The notes: generated by a model from the sequence alone, not told the origin. A stretch of 60,964 bases of DNA, filler included, from Dugesia japonica (GCA_001938525.1; 6 parts of 6 records of this genome joined end to end with filler, not necessarily neighbours in it), one strand, 5' to 3'. Shown: positions 13,400 through 27,641, numbered from the whole stretch's first letter. Made by a program: numbers and translations.

Positions 13400-13519
13400 T
13401 TAAAAAATTATTTTTGTTATTATTGATCTAGTATTATTTATTAGTTTAAAGGTCTGGTTGTAAATTTATTTTCTCTCACAATAATATATATTTATATAAA
13501 TCTTTGATTTTATTTTTAG

Positions 13520-13696
13520 TTAAAAGATTTGAATTACCATCATGTTTGTCGATTCATTGGAGTAGCTTTGGATTCAGTTGACCAATACATAGTTTATGAA
13601 TATTGTTGCAAGGGCAGTTTGAAAGATATTCTTGCTCAAAATCAACTGGTTCTTGATTGGATGTTTAAATATTCTCTAATTCAGGATATATGTAGA
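13520..13696 (+). CDS. Receptor guanylyl cyclase (natriuretic peptide receptor-like), kinase-homology domain exon
   Basis: ttttag|TTA...AGA|gtaagt; LKDLNYHHVCRFIG...YEYCCKGSLKDIL...LDWMFKYSLIQDICR, typical of the NPR/GCY pseudokinase domain. Confidence 0.9.
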
Positions 13697-13769
13697 GTAA
13701 GTAAATTACAATAAATTTGTGTTATATAAAGCAAATTTGAAATTAATTAAAATTTAAACTATTAAACAT

Positions 13770-14640
13770 CTCAGCTAGCCAACTTTGGCATTTCTTTAAA
13801 AAGTGATGTTATTGCATCAACGACGCAGCAGCTGTAATGCAAATATACGGAAAAATATTAGATGTTTTAAATTAGCTTTGACGTAATCATGCACTCCATT
13901 TGGCCGTAATGGACTGTTTTTATGTACCAATAAATTCTACTACTAATGAAGCGTTGGACTTGGACGATATCGAAAATTCTGTTGATGGTGAAATTGAAGA
14001 TGATTTAGAAGATTTCAGAGAANATCTGTATTCGGATAACAATTTGGAGTTTGTTGAAGAAAATAAAGATGTTATGACATTGAGTATTGATTTTGGTCAA
14101 ATTATTTACAGGTTAAGAAATTTTATAAGAATGTTTAAAAAAATCATCTTTAAAGCACTCTATTTTGCAACAAAATATAGTTAAAAAATGGGGAAATAAC
14201 TCAAGTTAAAATTTGACATCAAAACAAGATGGAATTTTTTGATTGTAATAATTCGACGATTTTTAATTTTATCAGAATGTTTCAATAAATCCTTAGTGGA
14301 ATTGAATTTAGAACCAATTTCAGAAAATGATATTTTCGTTCTACAAAACTTGTTGATGTTCTTTCACCAATTGAAACTACCGTTAGTGAATTGAGCGAAA
14401 ATTATGCAGATCTCATAACAGTTGAGGGAGTTTACAAATTTTTGTTTTTAATGACAGTTTTAATGACACTTATAATTTATCTACATGGTGGAAATGTACC
14501 AAGTTCCAACAATTATTTTCAATATTCTTCAAAAAATGCAGCAATTTCATTTGCTGAAAAAATATATGGAACAAATATATCCAAGAATATTTATTGAAGA
14601 AAGTAATAATAATGTTTTCACGTAATCTTCAACTGATGAT
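13770..14640 (+). mobile_element. Decayed hAT (Ac/hobo-type) transposase remnant in an intron
   Basis: Frameshifted fragments IAST(TD)AAAVM, NHALHLAVMD (CxxH region) and LKFDIKTRWN (TRWN motif). Confidence 0.65.
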
Positions 14641-14959
14641 GTAATAGATTTATCACCACAAGCTGGATGAATGTTTCAATTAAACACAAATTGAATGGTA
14701 AAATATTTAAAATTTAAATTTGAAAATATTTGTGTCAATTTATTTTCTGATATTTTTAATATATTAAAGTTTTTGAAAACATTGTATAATAATAAATCAA
14801 AAAATGTCATCGAACGAAATTTTTTACGATACTAATTAAATAGTGTTACCATTGATTTTATTAATAAACTTTAATATAACTATTATAATCATTGTGTATA
14901 TTTATTAATTATGATTTTTTTATTATTATGAGATTTTAATTATGAGTTTTTCGGTTATT

Positions 14960-15037
14960 TTAACACGTTAAGCGCCGCGTACAAGAAGTGTGCCTCACAT
15001 ATACAAATAAAAAATATTGCAGCAGTTAACGTGTTAA
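14960..15037. mobile_element. Tiny piggyBac-like MITE
   Basis: TTAA-CACGTTAA...TTAACGTG-TTAA: terminal inverted repeats bounded by TTAA. Confidence 0.55.
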
Positions 15038-15619
15038 TCAAAATTTAATTTTATTTAAACACAATATCAAATAAATTTCTTAATTCCATGTTTCAGTTGA
15101 ATTCAATAAACACTGTATAAATAATAAATTTATATATAATACCAATAATTTAGTTGAAAGAGCGGGAAATTTTACGATACAATTTCTACCGCTGTTTCTC
15201 ATCAAATGAATCCAATCGAGAAAATATTCTCAAAATCGAAGTCCTATGTTAAGGCATAAATAATGCAATAAGGAAATCGAGTTTTATTATATCATTTAAT
15301 GATATTGTGTCGTTTTTCTTTAATCATATTAAGCCGTTTGCAATAACACCTCCTAAATATATAAGAATCTTGAATAAAAGTTATTATAATGTTTCTAACT
15401 TTATTATTATAGTATTTCTATTGAATAAAATCATTTGAAAAATTTATTAAATAAAATGGAAATATAAAGAAATTTTCTGACAAAATATGTATTTTATAAC
15501 TAAAAGATGATTTGTATTTTGAAAATTATTTTTTGTTGAAGAATATTATATTGAAATTTTTTATGAATAAAATTATTAACCTTATAATAAATTTAAGCGA
15601 TGTTAAATGTTTAATAAAA

Positions 15620-16410
15620 AATGAATAACGCCATTTAAAATATAACTTTATTGTAATATATTTCGACAGACCAACCGTCATAATCAGACAAAAATGAAAA
15701 ATATGAGATTATTCAGTCTGTATTATTTAATAAAATATTTAATCAATTATACTTAATATTACATAGCTATAAAAATTTTAAATTTTTAAATTTTTTGAAA
15801 TTTTATGAAACATATAAACGTATAATAAAAACCCAAATTTAAATTTAAAACGTTTTTGTTAATTCAGTCGAAAGAGTTGAAGGTATATTAACCTTTTGGA
15901 CGCGTAAATCCACTAGTCTCCCGATTTTTCCCAAACGACGCGTAAATCTACTATAGTCTATGACCTGTAAAAAACGCTACTTTTCGAAGTGGTAATTTCT
16001 GATGTGATTGAATCAAAATTTTGGTAAAAAAATTAAAAGAAATTTTATAGAATACTATTTTTTTATTAAAGATTTACATTTTTCAGATACAATTTTATTT
16101 TTCGTTAAACGCGTTTAAAGTGTTAATATTAGGATTCTGAAATCCAATCATTAAAACCTCATAAAACAGTCTTCTAATAATTTTTTTTAATTACTTAGAC
16201 AAAATTTTAAAATTCGAAATGTCAACATTTGCATTACATTTATTTATATTTTGAATTTTTATTATAGCTATCCATTATTTAATATAACTGCTTAAATTTT
16301 TGTTTGAATAATAAAGATTGAATAATCTCATATTTTTCATTTTGCCTGATGATGACGATTGATCCGTCGAAATATATTACAATAAAGTGTTTTTTTTTAA
16401 TGGGGTTAAC
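15620..16410. repeat. Diverged ~160-bp inverted repeat pair (Penelope-like termini with hammerhead core) enclosing a MITE
   Basis: ~15620-15780 is the reverse complement of ~16255-16410; the right copy has CTGATGA-TGACG...CGTC-GAAA at ~16345-16372. Confidence 0.55.
15888..16126. mobile_element. piggyBac-like MITE
   Basis: TTAA-CCTTTTGGACGCG ... CGCGTTTAAAGTG-TTAA imperfect TIRs with TTAA target. Confidence 0.5.
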
Positions 16411-16701
16411 TGAATAAACCATTTTTTTTAAAATAAAATGTTTTAAAAGCAAAATTTCAAAACTGTTGTTCTTCTATTGATTACGAATTATCTAAACTTA
16501 AAAATAGATTTTCTACTTTTCATATAATTTTCTTTATGCATTATACGTAAATCCCATGTATTTTATAATTTGGTTTTGTTTTTTGTTTTCCATTATAGCT
16601 TGTTGTTAACATTTATATTGCTTAATTAATTATTTTTTAGAATTCATTTAATATTAAAGCTTTGATCAAAATTTTGGTTGTTTAATATTGATATTGGATA
16701 A

Positions 16702-16738
16702 CAATTCAATATTTCGACCTTGTCTTCGTCAGGAATTG
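16702..16738 (-). ncRNA. Minimal type I hammerhead ribozyme (Penelope-associated)
   Basis: Minus strand CAATTC-CTGACGA-A-GAC-AAG-GTC-GAAA-TA-TT-GAATTG: stem I CAAUUC/GAAUUG, intact core boxes, stem II GAC/GUC, palindromic AUAU helix III. Confidence 0.7.
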
Positions 16739-16887
16739 AAAAAATCCAAAATTTTGATCTAAGTTTTTATATTAAATGAATTCTAAAAAACTACCAATGG
16801 TTATGTCCAACAATTATTCTCGCAATAATTTCAATTGTAAAATAATTATTTTTTATTTATAATAATTAAAAATTATAACATTTACAG

Positions 16888-17053
16888 GGAATGATTTATA
16901 TTCACAATAATATCGGTCCACATGGAAACTTGAGAAGTACAAAATGTGTAGTTGATTCTAGATTCGTATTAAAAATAACAGGTTTCGGTTTAAAAATTTT
17001 AAGTGGAAATGACAAATCTAATTATACTTTCAAGGATGAAAAATTTTATGCTT
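16888..17053 (+). CDS. Receptor guanylyl cyclase, next kinase-homology exon
   Basis: tacag|GGA ATG...GCT T|gtaagt; GMIYIH...[23 protein letters not shown] continues in phase from the exon at 13520-13696. Confidence 0.9.
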
Positions 17054-17709
17054 GTAAGTGTTTAAATATTTCCTTTATTTTTATTAAATATTAACACTTA
17101 TCTATTAGAAATGTTTTTGTTTTTAAAATTTTTAAATTAAATTTGTTTAAATCTAAAAACACCTGAAAATTTTTGCGACACACCAAAATTTTTTTTAATA
17201 AATTATATTAATAAAACTATTTGTTTTTAATTATTTATTGAAAAAATGTTATTCAGTGTGACAAAAAAGCTTTATTACGGGAACAAATTGAATTTCATCG
17301 AGAGTTAGAGGTCGACAAGCAAACCCGTATTTCACTATCAATTTGAGAAGTCTTTCTCGCTTTTTAGATTTGATTTCAGTTAATATATTTGTAAGAAAAC
17401 ACTTCGAAGTTCAAAACCTTCAATATTCTTTAACGTTTTTAAAAATTTTACCACATACTAATGTGTGGCGACACACCATTTGCACTAGATATTATTTTAA
17501 GAAGTATGAAGTAGCAAATTAAAATAATTAAATTAAAAGAATTAAGAGTTGTTAATCTTCATCCGATAATATTTTTCAATTCGTTTTAAATTCGATAGTT
17601 AAACTGTACCCTTTTAAAAAAATTTTAAATTTGCACAGGCTTTTAAAACATGATTTTTTATATTTTGTTACCATAGGAATGACTGAAAATTATTATCTTA
17701 TGAGTTTTA

Positions 17710-17715
17710 TAATAA

Positions 17716-17778
<63 letters not shown>

Positions 17779-17830
17779 NNNNNNNNNNNNNNNNNNNNNN
17801 NNNNNNNNNNNNNNNNNNNNNNNNNNNNNN

Positions 17831-17897
<67 letters not shown>
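17710..17897. repeat. (AAT)n/(ATT)n microsatellite across a gap
   Basis: Pure trinucleotide tracts in opposite orientation on either side of an N run. Confidence 0.9.
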
Positions 17898-17898
<1 letters not shown>

Positions 17899-18196
17899 GA
17901 TTAGATTTAGTTTATATTTACAATTACATACTTGATTTTTAAAAGTTAAACTTTCCTATTTTTCAAAAATATTTTTCAAATTGCTTAGATCTAAATAAAA
18001 AGTAAAAACTCAATTTTCTAAATCTTTATGTGTAAGACATATTTCGGATAAATCTATGTCTATCATCAGTTACTGTTGTAAAATAAGAAGGAAATTATTT
18101 ATATACTAACCAATAAAACATGTTACGTATTCAATCCTATAAAATAAGATAAGATAAATTTAATAGTGAATGTTTGTTAATCTGAGTATTAAGAAT

Positions 18197-18800
18197 CTAG
18201 TTATGCGACCCAATTCTTAAAGCCTTATACGCAATTCTTTCAAAATAGTTACCAAAACCGTTGTTCAAAACTGTGAACTCGTTAATGCGTAATTTTCCTT
18301 TTCTATTTTTGTAGCAACAGGCATGATATAAAACCGAACTTTTCCTACTCAATTGCATATGCTCAATAAAAACGTATGCGATGGTGTACGTGGCATGACA
18401 CCCATTGCAATTAGATTGATAAACTAGGTTAGTGAGCAAAGCTTTTGGTGTAAAAGATTTGTTGCTTAAATAACTGGGAGCTTTTTTGAAGTGAAAATTA
18501 ATCTAAATTTATTATCATCAAAACATTTCATGAGTGAGCATTTTAATGATTTAGCTCCTTTCGAGAATGGTAGTTTTATAGGTTTTTTTCCTGATTATTT
18601 TTAATGTTTTCTTCTCGGTCATTATTTAATGCTGAACACAGTTTATAATACTCCGTATATTGTTATAAATCTTTTTTTGTTTATATGCATTAGCTCGAAG
18701 ACTACTATCTAATCTTCTAAGACCATCATCAGCAATCTCAAAGTTTAATGCTATACACCACACTTGATGAACCAAACCTGTTACTGATGGATTAATTAAA
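18197..18800 (-). mobile_element. Penelope-like retroelement 3' remnant (GIY-YIG endonuclease region)
   Basis: NLVYQSNCNGCHATY...IEHMQ...SSVLYH matches the VY-x-CxxC-xxY(IG)...EH pattern of PLE GIY-YIG domains; degenerate upstream. Confidence 0.6.
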
Positions 18801-19522
18801 GGTTTGGTTTGTCCAGTTTTTATATATTTATTTAAATAATGATAAATATGTAAATAAAAAATAATTATTTATGTGTATGTGATTGAACATTTGGTAGATC
18901 TAAATGTTGATGAACAAATATTATATTGGGTTTGCGTGTTATTAAACATCTACAGAAATTAGTAAATTATTGGAAATTCTAAAAGTAATGGCATGTGGTA
19001 TATGTTATTTTTTTCTGACTATGTTTGCATGTATGAGTTTTTTTAGAAATTGACATTTACATTGTACAGAGGAGAAATTAATTTGTTTTTACGATTTCTG
19101 AGATTTTGATCAAATGAATAAAATTCGTTTCTTTTATACAAGACTGACGTTTACCTGATTTTTGGAGTCAGTCATGAATAGTTGCAATTAAAATTGGTAG
19201 TTATGTTGAATTGAATTTTAATAAATTAATTTTTAAATTACGTTTATCACTTCATTTTTATTACACAATTTTGCTTTTATTTTTTGAGTTGTTAAACTTT
19301 AAATTATATCTAAAAAATGAATAATTGCAATAAATTTGTTACAGAAAATAGAATTATTTTAAAATTATATATATTAATGTAATAACTTTTACACTAGAAA
19401 ACATATTTTTGATTTTGCGAATATTTTCTGAACTAATCTGTTTGTTGTGTTTGTCTAACGCGGAAAAAGAAGTCTGAAAGTGAGCTTCTCGAAATGTAAA
19501 ATTTTGGGTTACATGCATTAAT

Positions 19523-19622
19523 NNNNNNNNNNNNNNNNNNNNNNNNNNNNNNNNNNNNNNNNNNNNTTAATTAATTAANNNNNNNNNNNNNNNNNNNNNN
19601 NNNNNNNNNNNNNNNNNNNNNN
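19523..19622. other. Artificial scaffold-joining linker
   Basis: N44-TTAATTAATTAA-N44. Confidence 0.95.
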
Positions 19623-20046
19623 CCAAAACTGAATGAACTATAGTAATATTTCACTAAATTTAAAAAGTTTAATGCAAATGATATGAGAAATTTAAATGGT
19701 TTCAAGAAATTAATATTACAAATGAAATTATAATGAAAACGTAAAAGAATTTATTTATTTTATTCTTCAGTTAATTTAATTATTTCTTATGATTTAAAAA
19801 TTATTATTTTAACAAATTTTCTGTAATAAGTTTAATAATGATTTAAGAATATATGTATAAAAAATTGAGAGGATATTCAAACACCCACCGAGATATTGAC
19901 AAAGTAACATAATATTGGTCTCTTATTTTAAAGCACTGGATAATCAAACGTATATTGTACTTTTTAACTTATTCTAATTAAAATAAAAGTTTAAGTTTGT
20001 TTGTTTCATTTTTATTTCACATAATTTAAGATTCCTTTATTTGCAG

Positions 20047-20267
20047 GATATAAATGCAAAACTGAAAAGAAAAATTATCAAGGAAATCTCTCATTAAATA
20101 TAGCAAATAAAGTTTGTCAATTTTGGAACACGAATTACCCAAATAAACAACATTATGCAAAAGAAAATCATAACTTCTGTCGACCATTCAACGCAGACTA
20201 TGATTGGTGTTACAACTCTGATACTACATTTCCNGAATATTATCCATGTGAAACTCATATTTGCTGA
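20047..20267 (+). CDS. Terminal exon encoding one kringle domain
   Basis: ttgcag|GA TAT AAA TGC...; YKCKTEKKNYQGNLSLNIANKVCQFWNTNYPNKQHYAKENHNFCRPFNADYDWCYNSDTTFPEYYPCETHIC* has the six kringle Cys and the YxG, CQxW, HNFCR and WCY motifs; absent from the ORF track. Confidence 0.85.
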
Positions 20268-21821
20268 TCGTTTGAAGTTTATTTGTTTAATTTCTTAAAT
20301 TTTTAATGTCGACAATTCAGTGAATGCTTTAACATAATATATACTTATATAATAATTTTCATGTTTCATTATCTTATAAAGAAATTTTTATTCGAGAGAC
20401 TTTTTAACCAATACTTTTAATAAAAGATCTTTATCAACATACTTTTCTATTATTAAGTTATTGATATTCCAAACATAAATATAATTGGAAGAATTCTATG
20501 GTTATTAGTATTGAGTCAGGAGCACAAGTTTGAAATGTGATGATATAATCACATACAATTGTTTCGTTTATACAGTTAATAAGGTTATCGGCCAAGTACA
20601 ATTATAATACACACAAGTAGTAGGATCACCACCACCGACAAAGTGATCTGGTAATATAGGATTTTGATTGGTCGTTACCAATACGTAAAAATATTTTTCG
20701 AATTCAGGTTAGAACGATCAAATGTTTGCTCGTGAACGTCAAAAATTCGAATTTTTGGTTTAATTTTAATTGTAAAATTTTAAATTTGTTATTGATATTC
20801 TAGGAATTAAAAACTGAACATATTTTCCATAGGGTTGGCTGAACAAAACATGTTGGTTCTCTCAGAAAAGGTACTAGCGCACGGGATCAGTTGACCTTGA
20901 TCTACTAATTTCCCGACCAAAGCTTATCGTATGGTCATGAAAATGATAGTATTTAATTCAAAAAAAAATTTTGAACATATTTTGTATAGGGTATGGTATA
21001 AAAATATGCTTTGTTCAAAAGATAGAAAATTGTTGGTTGTCATGTCCCACCTTGGATGGAAAAATTATTATTTCTGGAAACACTTATGACAATCAAATTA
21101 TCGCTAAACTCAGAATTAAAAATTAAATATATCTTTCCTACTGGGTTTGTTGTACAAATATGCGTGGTTCTCAAAATAATATATAATTAATTATAGTTAT
21201 AATTAAAATGATAATAATTTTTTAAAATATTTTTAGACCATTAAATTCAGAATAAATTCCGAATAATTTGTTTATAAGGTTTTGCTGTATAAAAATACTT
21301 CCTTCTGATAAATTTATTCCATGTGTTCATTTTACTTCATTCTCATTAAAATATCAAAATTTTACATTTTATTTTAAAATCATGATTTATCCAGTAAATG
21401 TTGAATTTTAATGATTTTTTGTAATATTAATTTTGATTTACTTTTAATAATAAGCGTTAAAATTTAAACAAACTATTTCAGTTGAAAAATTGAAAAAACT
21501 GAAAAAACTAATAAAATTGCATTGATAAAAAATTAAAACTATTATAACATTGCTATTGGTAGCACATAAAATTCAAAATTTTAAAATAAATTTATTGACA
21601 ACAATAAGAACATACAAATGTAAATTATACGACTTATTAATTACACTCAATTTTTCTTAATAATACAATTTTTCAAAACATAATTAGGTTAGATTACATT
21701 AATAGTCTAAAATTAAATTAATTTATTGTAATAAATTAAATAATTTTCTGATTCGATCAAACACTGTGATAAAATACTTCATGTAATGTAATGTTGGTGT
21801 TCATTTTCTTACTCTATTATA

Positions 21822-22020
21822 TGAGTTTTACTGTATCACATGGGCTTTACTGTATCCATTAGTTTTACTGTAACACATTGGTTTACTGTGTCACATCAGC
21901 TTTATTTAAATACATAGGCTTACTGTATCCATTGAATTACGGAAACTCATGGGTTTTTTGTATCAGATCAGTTAACTGTACCCATTCGCTTACTTTATCG
22001 ACTTGTTTACTGTATTTACT
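21822..22020 (-). repeat. Degenerate ~19-20 bp minisatellite, same family as 348-562
   Basis: Repeated TTTACTGTATC/TTTACTGTAAC units; includes the reverse complement of GATCTGATACA...CCCA(C/T)GAGTT seen at 343-370. Confidence 0.7.
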
Positions 22021-23299
22021 CGCTTTCTATATCTCCTGCTAAACTCTGTGCAATTTATAAAACTAAGAGAAATTAAGGAAATTAATAGAAATTTGTCAAA
22101 TCTTAATAAAATTATTCTATATTTTAATCACGAGTCTATATAGTTTAATGTAATTACTTATGGGCTTAGTAATGTTTTCTGTAAATCTATATAAATTTAT
22201 AAAATCCCGTTATTCAAATACAATTTNNNNNNNNNNNNNNNNNNNNNNNNNNNNNNNNNNNNNNNNNNNNNNNNNNNNNNNNNNNNNNNNNNNNNNNNNN
22301 NNNNNNNNNNNNNNNNNNNNNNNNNNNNNNNNNNNNNNNNNNNNNNNNNNNNNNNNNNNNNNNNNNNNNNNNNNNNNNNNNNNNNNNNNNNNNNNNNNNN
22401 NNNNNNNNNNNNNNNNNNNNNNNNNNNNNNNNTTCCGTTTTTTATTGCATTGATAAAATCTCCAGCTATGATGAGAATGAGAATGTTACAGTCATTTTCA
22501 TCATTTGTCAGAGATGTTTTACTTGAGGTTGAATGTCGTTCATGGTAATGTAACTATAAGCAAAAATAGAAGACAAGCTTTAAAAAAACATAAAAGTTGA
22601 TGTTAACACTTGTAAATACAAAGAATAAGAATCAGTATTCTAGATATCAGAAATATATCTGTATCGGATTAACATAAATACAAGAGTTGATGATAATGTA
22701 CGCTTTAATAAATTTAAGATAAATAATCTTGTTATTTATTTTACTTTTACGTGTTTGATCTAAACATTTATTAAAAAACTATAAGTTGAATGTATTGGGG
22801 GTGAATAATGAAGTCATTGAACAGCTAATTGTATAATTTAAGGGAATTGAACAGATGTATGTAAGTTAGGGCTTAATGTGAGAATAGTGTAATTTTGTCT
22901 TACTGTATCATATTAAATGTTTAGATTCAATACGTTTAATGGATTTATTAGGTTTATGAATTGTATTCGGTTAATGAATATATCGCGTTTAATGATTTGT
23001 ATCGGTCAAGATAGAATGTATACAAGTGTTGTCACATTTTCCTGTGTAAGATTGAACAATTACTTAAAATTGTAACATTTTGAATGTAAGAATATTGATT
23101 CTATATAATTCCTTCTTTTATTCTAGTCTTTAAACTTGTCGATGACGGAATTCAGCTGGTTACCATAGAAGGGATGAGTTTTACTATAATTTGACGTATC
23201 AAAATAATATATAATATATAATAAGCTTTGATGACATAGTCGCTTAGTCATAATGTTGAGGGACCCCATTTCAAGAGTTTAAAATCTTCAGCCATGTTT

Positions 23300-23830
23300 G
23301 ATTCAGTTAGTTGATCCTTACAAGCCTCTATATGGTGGATTAATTTTTTGAGGTTAGAACTGTAACCACATTTACATAAAAAAATATTCTCAATGTCCTT
23401 AAGATCATTTTTGAGATGGATATTGAGATATTCCTTGATATTGATATTTTTGTTAATATTTTTGAAGGATGTTCCACAACTTTTCCCAGTCTGTGTTTGG
23501 TATTTTCCAGTTACTGTATCTGACGAGCAGTCTACTTCTAGAAATGATCTGAATGAGTGTAACTTTGAATAGGTTTTGGCAATACATTTATCCAGATTTT
23601 ATTACCAGTATGCACAAAATACTATTTCAAAGTATTTCTTTAAATACAATTTACTATCTCTTTACGTGCCAACTTATACTGTGAGAATGCAATATAATGG
23701 TTTTATTTTAGATGGAATAAAAGATTTTGATTTTATTGTACCAAGATTTTACCCAAATTAGTTTGTAAATTACATGAATGATTTGATTTCAGTTTCTATA
23801 TCACTAGTGAATTTTGATTTTACTGGAAGG
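23300..23830 (-). mobile_element. Possible decayed non-LTR retrotransposon 3' end
   Basis: Stop-riddled minus frame with W...DWEKLWN and a Cys/His knuckle-like CKCG...HHIEAC; weak. Confidence 0.3.
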
Positions 23831-23839
23831 ACTCTTGAA

Positions 23840-24400
23840 AGTCTACTAAATACATCTATATTAAATACATGTCAAAGAAAATTGGAGAGATGATAAAAAA
23901 ATGATAGTCGGTTGGAGACAGGTCTCGGGAGTATAAGGGATGAGGCAGACTTTCAAATTATAAATCATTAAATTTCTGTTTTGCGATAGTTTTGTGACGT
24001 GTTGACGGGCATTGTCGTGAAGAATAATAGGAGGTTTTCTGTTAAGTAATGCAGCGCACATAAATTTCCATTTGCTGTGTATTTCGTCAATTTTTTGACA
24101 ATATTTTTCCTGCCGTTTTCCTTGCTTTAAATACATTTTCCTTGATTTAAAAAGTTTTAAAGAACGAGACCGGCTGTGAACTACCAAATCGTCACCATTG
24201 TTTTCTTTTGATGCAATTTTGTCTTTGAAAATGATATGGGGCTTTGCCTTTGTCCAACCATTGCAATGCCCGCTTTCTGTTGTCGTATACAATCCATTTT
24301 TCGTCGCAAGTTACAATACACTCAAGAAATGGATTGGTTTTATTTCAAAACAGATTTGCAAGGCAGATCTCGTAACGCTGGATAAGTAAGACGTAGAACG
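23840..24400 (-). mobile_element. mariner (DD34D) transposase remnant
   Basis: YDN motif, ILHDNARQHV, and a frameshifted PY(S)PDLSPTDYHFF-like motif. Confidence 0.8.
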
Positions 24401-26344
24401 AATGCATCTTGTAAAACATAAGATTAAGTGAAAAAAGAAAAAGCGAACGAGCTGATTCTCCAAAAATTAAAGCCATGCTAAACTTTGGAAAGGAAAATTA
24501 TGAAGCTTCTCAACGTTTGTAATTATTATAGAAAACTCATCAGTGAGAATGCTGTAAAATGTATAATATTGATTAAAATATGTTTGATTGTCTATGTAAT
24601 AATAATGAAGGTTTTGTCAGTTATGTAATGAATTAATGATTGTGATTAACTAAAACACCTAAACTTGTTAAAGTTCGGAATCCATTGCATTGTTTCTTGT
24701 GTTACTCAATACTTTTATAATAGATTTCAGAATACAAAAAATAAATGTCNGTAACAGCNTAANTTAATCATACCAAAAAGTGAGAGCTTACAAATTTTTA
24801 TGAGCAAAAACCCAATTGGGAGCAAACAGATTTACAAGAGGAATATAAAAGGTAATCCGATTACAAATCAAAGAGAACACAATAAGATTTCTCACAATAA
24901 AAGAAGTAATGACTGAAAAGCTGATAAAAAATTTCCTTTTTATAATTTTATTGACAAACATTCTATATAAAAGTAAAATATTTTTATGTATTTATTTAGT
25001 TCCATGATTATTTGAGACCACAATACTTTTGTTCTAGTTTTGTTTTCTTTTTTACTATCACAGTTAATTACTTTTAGAATTAATTCTTTTTTAATTTGAG
25101 TATTGAGACGCTAAGATTTTCGAAAGTTATTTTAATTTTCTCAATATCTTTGATTGAGATCACACACAAATTTGATTGTTTAATTCTTAATTTCTTTAGA
25201 ATAGATAGATATGAGCGCACTGGAACAGATAAGTAAAATCTCTCCCATACTGAAATAAGAGGATTAGCTTAAACCATATGTATTTAGTTGGGAAAATTTT
25301 TGACGTAATATTATACAAAACGATTAAGTAATAAAGAATTATATATAGTTTTTTTAGGAGAATTCGGTCAAAACCTTTCTCACGATAGTTGAATTTAACT
25401 CATTTTGGGCGATTTGTGGGTGAATTAATTCAAAGTTTTCCTCGGGATATTCACAAAAGTATTTTTAAAAATCAATGAAACAATTTCCCCAAATGCATAA
25501 TCATTACCTAATTTGATATCATAAAAAAGTCACAACTAAAATCACAAGAAATTAGTTAATCATATTACGTCAATAGGGTGATTTGGTGCAGTGCGCCATT
25601 ATCCTTCTACTTTTTAGTCCAATGGTGGGCAAATAATATGTCGTAGCAAGTGCCCGGGTATGTCGTGAATAAAATTTAGAAATTAAAAAAAGGTTCACAA
25701 TGCCAAGCCCAAAATCGCATTGATCTTCAATCTGTCATAAAGATTTCAATTTTATGCTTTCTGCCAGTTCGTATGCTTTTCTTACTTTTCAAAAAGGATT
25801 TAAATAAATGTTTCTGAACCGCTTAAATTTCGAAAATAAAAATTTACTTAGGTATGTCGCGGCTTGGAGAAGTTTGTCCACTGCTTTAGCCTGATAAAGT
25901 TGTTATTTCTGTTTTTTTAAATTTTCAAAAAGAAAAATAATTAAAACTTAACTTTTCCTTATAATGTTTGTATCAGTACATAGAAATAGAAACAAACTAT
26001 ATTTTAATATTTTGTTTGAACAATATTTCAATAACAAATGTGGATTTCACATGTAGCGAAAATTGGTGATGTCGTATCAGAATTGTAGCAGAAATAAGCC
26101 CCGTAATCTTCTCTGCAGTAATTATCATTTGAATGTTCATGGTCAATCAAATTCGGATAATTAACATTGTAATACTGACAACTTACCCCTCTTACATTTG
26201 TACTTAAAATTCCTTTATAAACATCTGTTTTCTTTGCTTTACAACGATATCCTAATTACAAAATTTAAATAAAAATGAATAAAATATTTGTTAATTTTAT
26301 AAATATTCTTTTCTCAAATCAATTTTTAAAATTACGATGAAATA

Positions 26345-27641
26345 CAGAGTGTAACCAATTTAAGGTTACATTTTAAATTTTCTATAAAAAAAGTTAAAGG
26401 AATGAAATGTAGCAATATATTTATTTACTATGATAGTGCATATATTCTGGTTTAACAATGAAATATAATGTCATGCAAGGGACCTCATGTTGCTGCATAG
26501 CAAGTACCCATTCTTTTACAAAAGTTTTCTATGACATTGCAGCACTTTTGTGGCTTAATTTCACCAATATCATAGATGATGTTCTCCTTAAAATCAACAA
26601 TTGTTGGACGATCGCTAATATACACCTTTTCTTTTAAATAACACCAAAAGAAAAATCTAATAGCATTAGATCGCAGGATCTGGGCGGCCAATTGATGTTT
26701 ACATTTCGAGAAATTGATCTTTCGCTAAATCGTTCTGTTAATAGGGTAATTGTTTCTTTTGCCGTATGAGATTTGGTACCATCCTGCTGAAACCACATGT
26801 TCTGGGTATCTATAGTTTTCAATTTATGAAACAAAAATTTTCCAATCATATTTCGATATCGAGCTCCGGTAACTGTTACAAAATTCCCAGCTCCATTCTC
26901 AAAAAAATATGAACCAATAACACCACCCGCCCAAAAACCAAACCAAACATTTACCTTTGGTGAATAGAATTGTTTTTGTAGTATTTTATGTGGGTTTTCA
27001 TTGCCCCTAATTCTACAATTCTGTGTGTTCACAAATCATCCTAGTTCAAAAAATTCTTCGTCGCTAAAGATCACTTTTTGGAAAAATTTTTCATTTTCAT
27101 TCATATTTTCAATGACCCATTTACTGAATTTACGGCGTATTTCAAAGTCTGTTGGCTTTATTTGTTGAGTTATTTGAATCTTGAATGCCTCAAATTGAAA
27201 ATCCACAGGCAAATTTTTGAATAAAGTCTTTCATGGAATGGATAGTTGTTGTGAACGACTACAGATTGACATTTTTCGTTTCTCACTCACACTACAGCTG
27301 CAATATTTGTTTCAGAGCGACCACTTTTATGATATTCTTGGCGTCGTTCATCTTTTATCGAGCCACATTTTTTAAATTGTTTGATAACTTTTTGAATTGT
27401 CACATATGACGAACAATTTTCTCTTCTATATTGACACTTAAATTTTCTCCGAACTTCGGTATAACTTTCCCGTATTTAAAATAATTTTTTACTATAAATA
27501 CTCTTTGTTCAATGGTATAACGATTCATTTTTAAAAACCGGATGAATTACTATTGATTATTCAACAATTATTGATTTAATAAAACCAAATAGAAATAAAT
27601 GGAATTAAATTTAAAATGTAACCTTAAATTGGAACACCCTG
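26345..27641 (-). mobile_element. Full-length but inactivated Tc1/mariner element of the DD41D (rosa) family
   Basis: ~35-bp TIRs CAG(A/G)GTGT..CCAATTTAAGGTTACATTTTAAATTT with TA on both sides; transposase from ATG 27528 (MNRYTIEQRVFIV), IFSDE, WFQQDG...WPPRSCDLMLLD with 41 residues between the 2nd and 3rd catalytic D; stops and frameshifts. Confidence 0.92.

Noticed and set aside
17631-17942. Poly-Ile ORF
   Set aside because: Translation of an (AAT)n microsatellite and N gap
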